From Sulfolobales archaeon HS-7 (GTDB lineage: Archaea > Thermoproteota > Thermoprotei_A > Sulfolobales > Sulfolobaceae): a stretch of DNA of 64,000 bases. The notes under the pieces were generated by a model. It saw nothing but the letters and a program-made list of their open reading frames with translations. It searched no databases and had not been told where the DNA came from. The stretch covers positions 2,087,178 to 2,151,177 of the forward strand of contig AP024596.1 of NCBI GenBank assembly GCA_019704295.1, read 5' to 3'. Of the stretch, positions 63,398 to 64,000 are shown in pieces. Position 1 is the stretch's first letter, and each line of letters starts with the position of its first letter. A program made the position numbers and the translations under genes.

Positions 63398-63853
63398 TCA
63401 CTTACACCCTAAAACTCTTCTACCTACCCCTATGGCTCTCTCCACTTCATTAACGGTTAGATGGGGCTTATAAAACCCCACGTTTACCAAGGCATCGTCG
63501 TCGCATAACCAACCCTTTAATAAGACGTAGCTAAGCGCCTCCAATTCCGTTGGTGTCAGTTCAACTATTTCCTTCATCTTTTCCGCTACTTTACGTTCTT
63601 CGTTGGTGAGTTCACGACTTATTTTCAATTCCTTAACGGTGTCAGCGTTGCCGTAATAGTCCATAGCTAGCCCCGGGGAATATGGTCCTCTAAGGTATTC
63701 ATTAAAGTCATAGCCTAAATTTAGACCAAGCTTTTCCATGATAAAAACGTACTTCTGTAACCTGAGTCTATCATCGAATGAGTTTTTTATGTCCAGTCTG
63801 AGATCAGGTTTAGCGTACTTCAGAACGGATAATGCAATGTCTATATTACCCAT
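63398..63853 (-). CDS. YwgA/Panacea (DUF4065)-like protein, putative antitoxin
   Basis: RLRLQKYVF...GYDFNEYLRGPYSPGL; SD GGAGGT. Confidence 0.8.
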   Translation of the reverse strand: MGNIDIALSVLKYAKPDLRLDIKNSFDDRLRLQKYVFIMEKLGLNLGYDFNEYLRGPYSPGLAMDYYGNADTVKELKISRELTNEERKVAEKMKEIVELTPTELEALSYVLLKGWLCDDDALVNVGFYKPHLTVNEVERAIGVGRRVLGCK

Positions 63854-63914
63854 ACCTCCCCCCTCACACGTTTTTCTTTCCTTATATTTATGTACTTCAT
63901 CTATATATCTATAT

Positions 63915-64000
63915 GGGGCGATTCAGGTTTCCATTGTGAATTGCAATTATGGCAATTTAGGAATTAGATAAAGGAAATTGTTGAATGCGAATCTCCACCT
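63915..64000. mobile_element. MITE copy E (truncated by window end)
   Basis: GGGGCGATTCAGGTTTCCATTGTGAATTGCAATTAT...GATAAAGGAAATTGTT. Confidence 0.7.

Overview
AT-rich archaeal chromosome segment, almost certainly Sulfolobales (zinc ferredoxin, L7Ae, intron-containing tRNAs without encoded CCA, stand-alone 5S rRNA, SRP RNA). Bases 1-6935 are one end of an integrated mobile element inserted at the 3' end of an intron-containing tRNA-Glu(CTC). It carries an intact tyrosine integrase, a divergent wHTH switch with shared operators, an aCcr1-like RHH protein, a DUF5678/aspartyl-protease pair and a wHTH gene bracketed by a perfect 20-bp inverted repeat next to an iteron-like tract. The rest is mostly core genome (coaBC, pyrG, CedB-like ATPase, pncB, PhoU, thpR-cca-kinase, UDG, nadE, rio2, DUF460, M20 peptidase, GH116+GT2, rpl7ae, transporters, S53 protease), with seven tRNAs in the window, sprinkled with MITEs and IS200/IS605 remnants. 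Most notable unexplained items: a ~295-nt highly structured RNA at 14981-15275 whose closing stem covers part of the Shine-Dalgarno of a conserved gene; a YwgA/Panacea-like + HEPN operon whose HEPN gene is split by a -1 frameshift; a cluster of four non-autonomous IS605-type elements with omegaRNA-like ends; C/D box sRNAs; and several micro-ORFs missed by the ORF track. All family assignments are by motif recognition and all RNA folds by eye; no database search or folding program was run.
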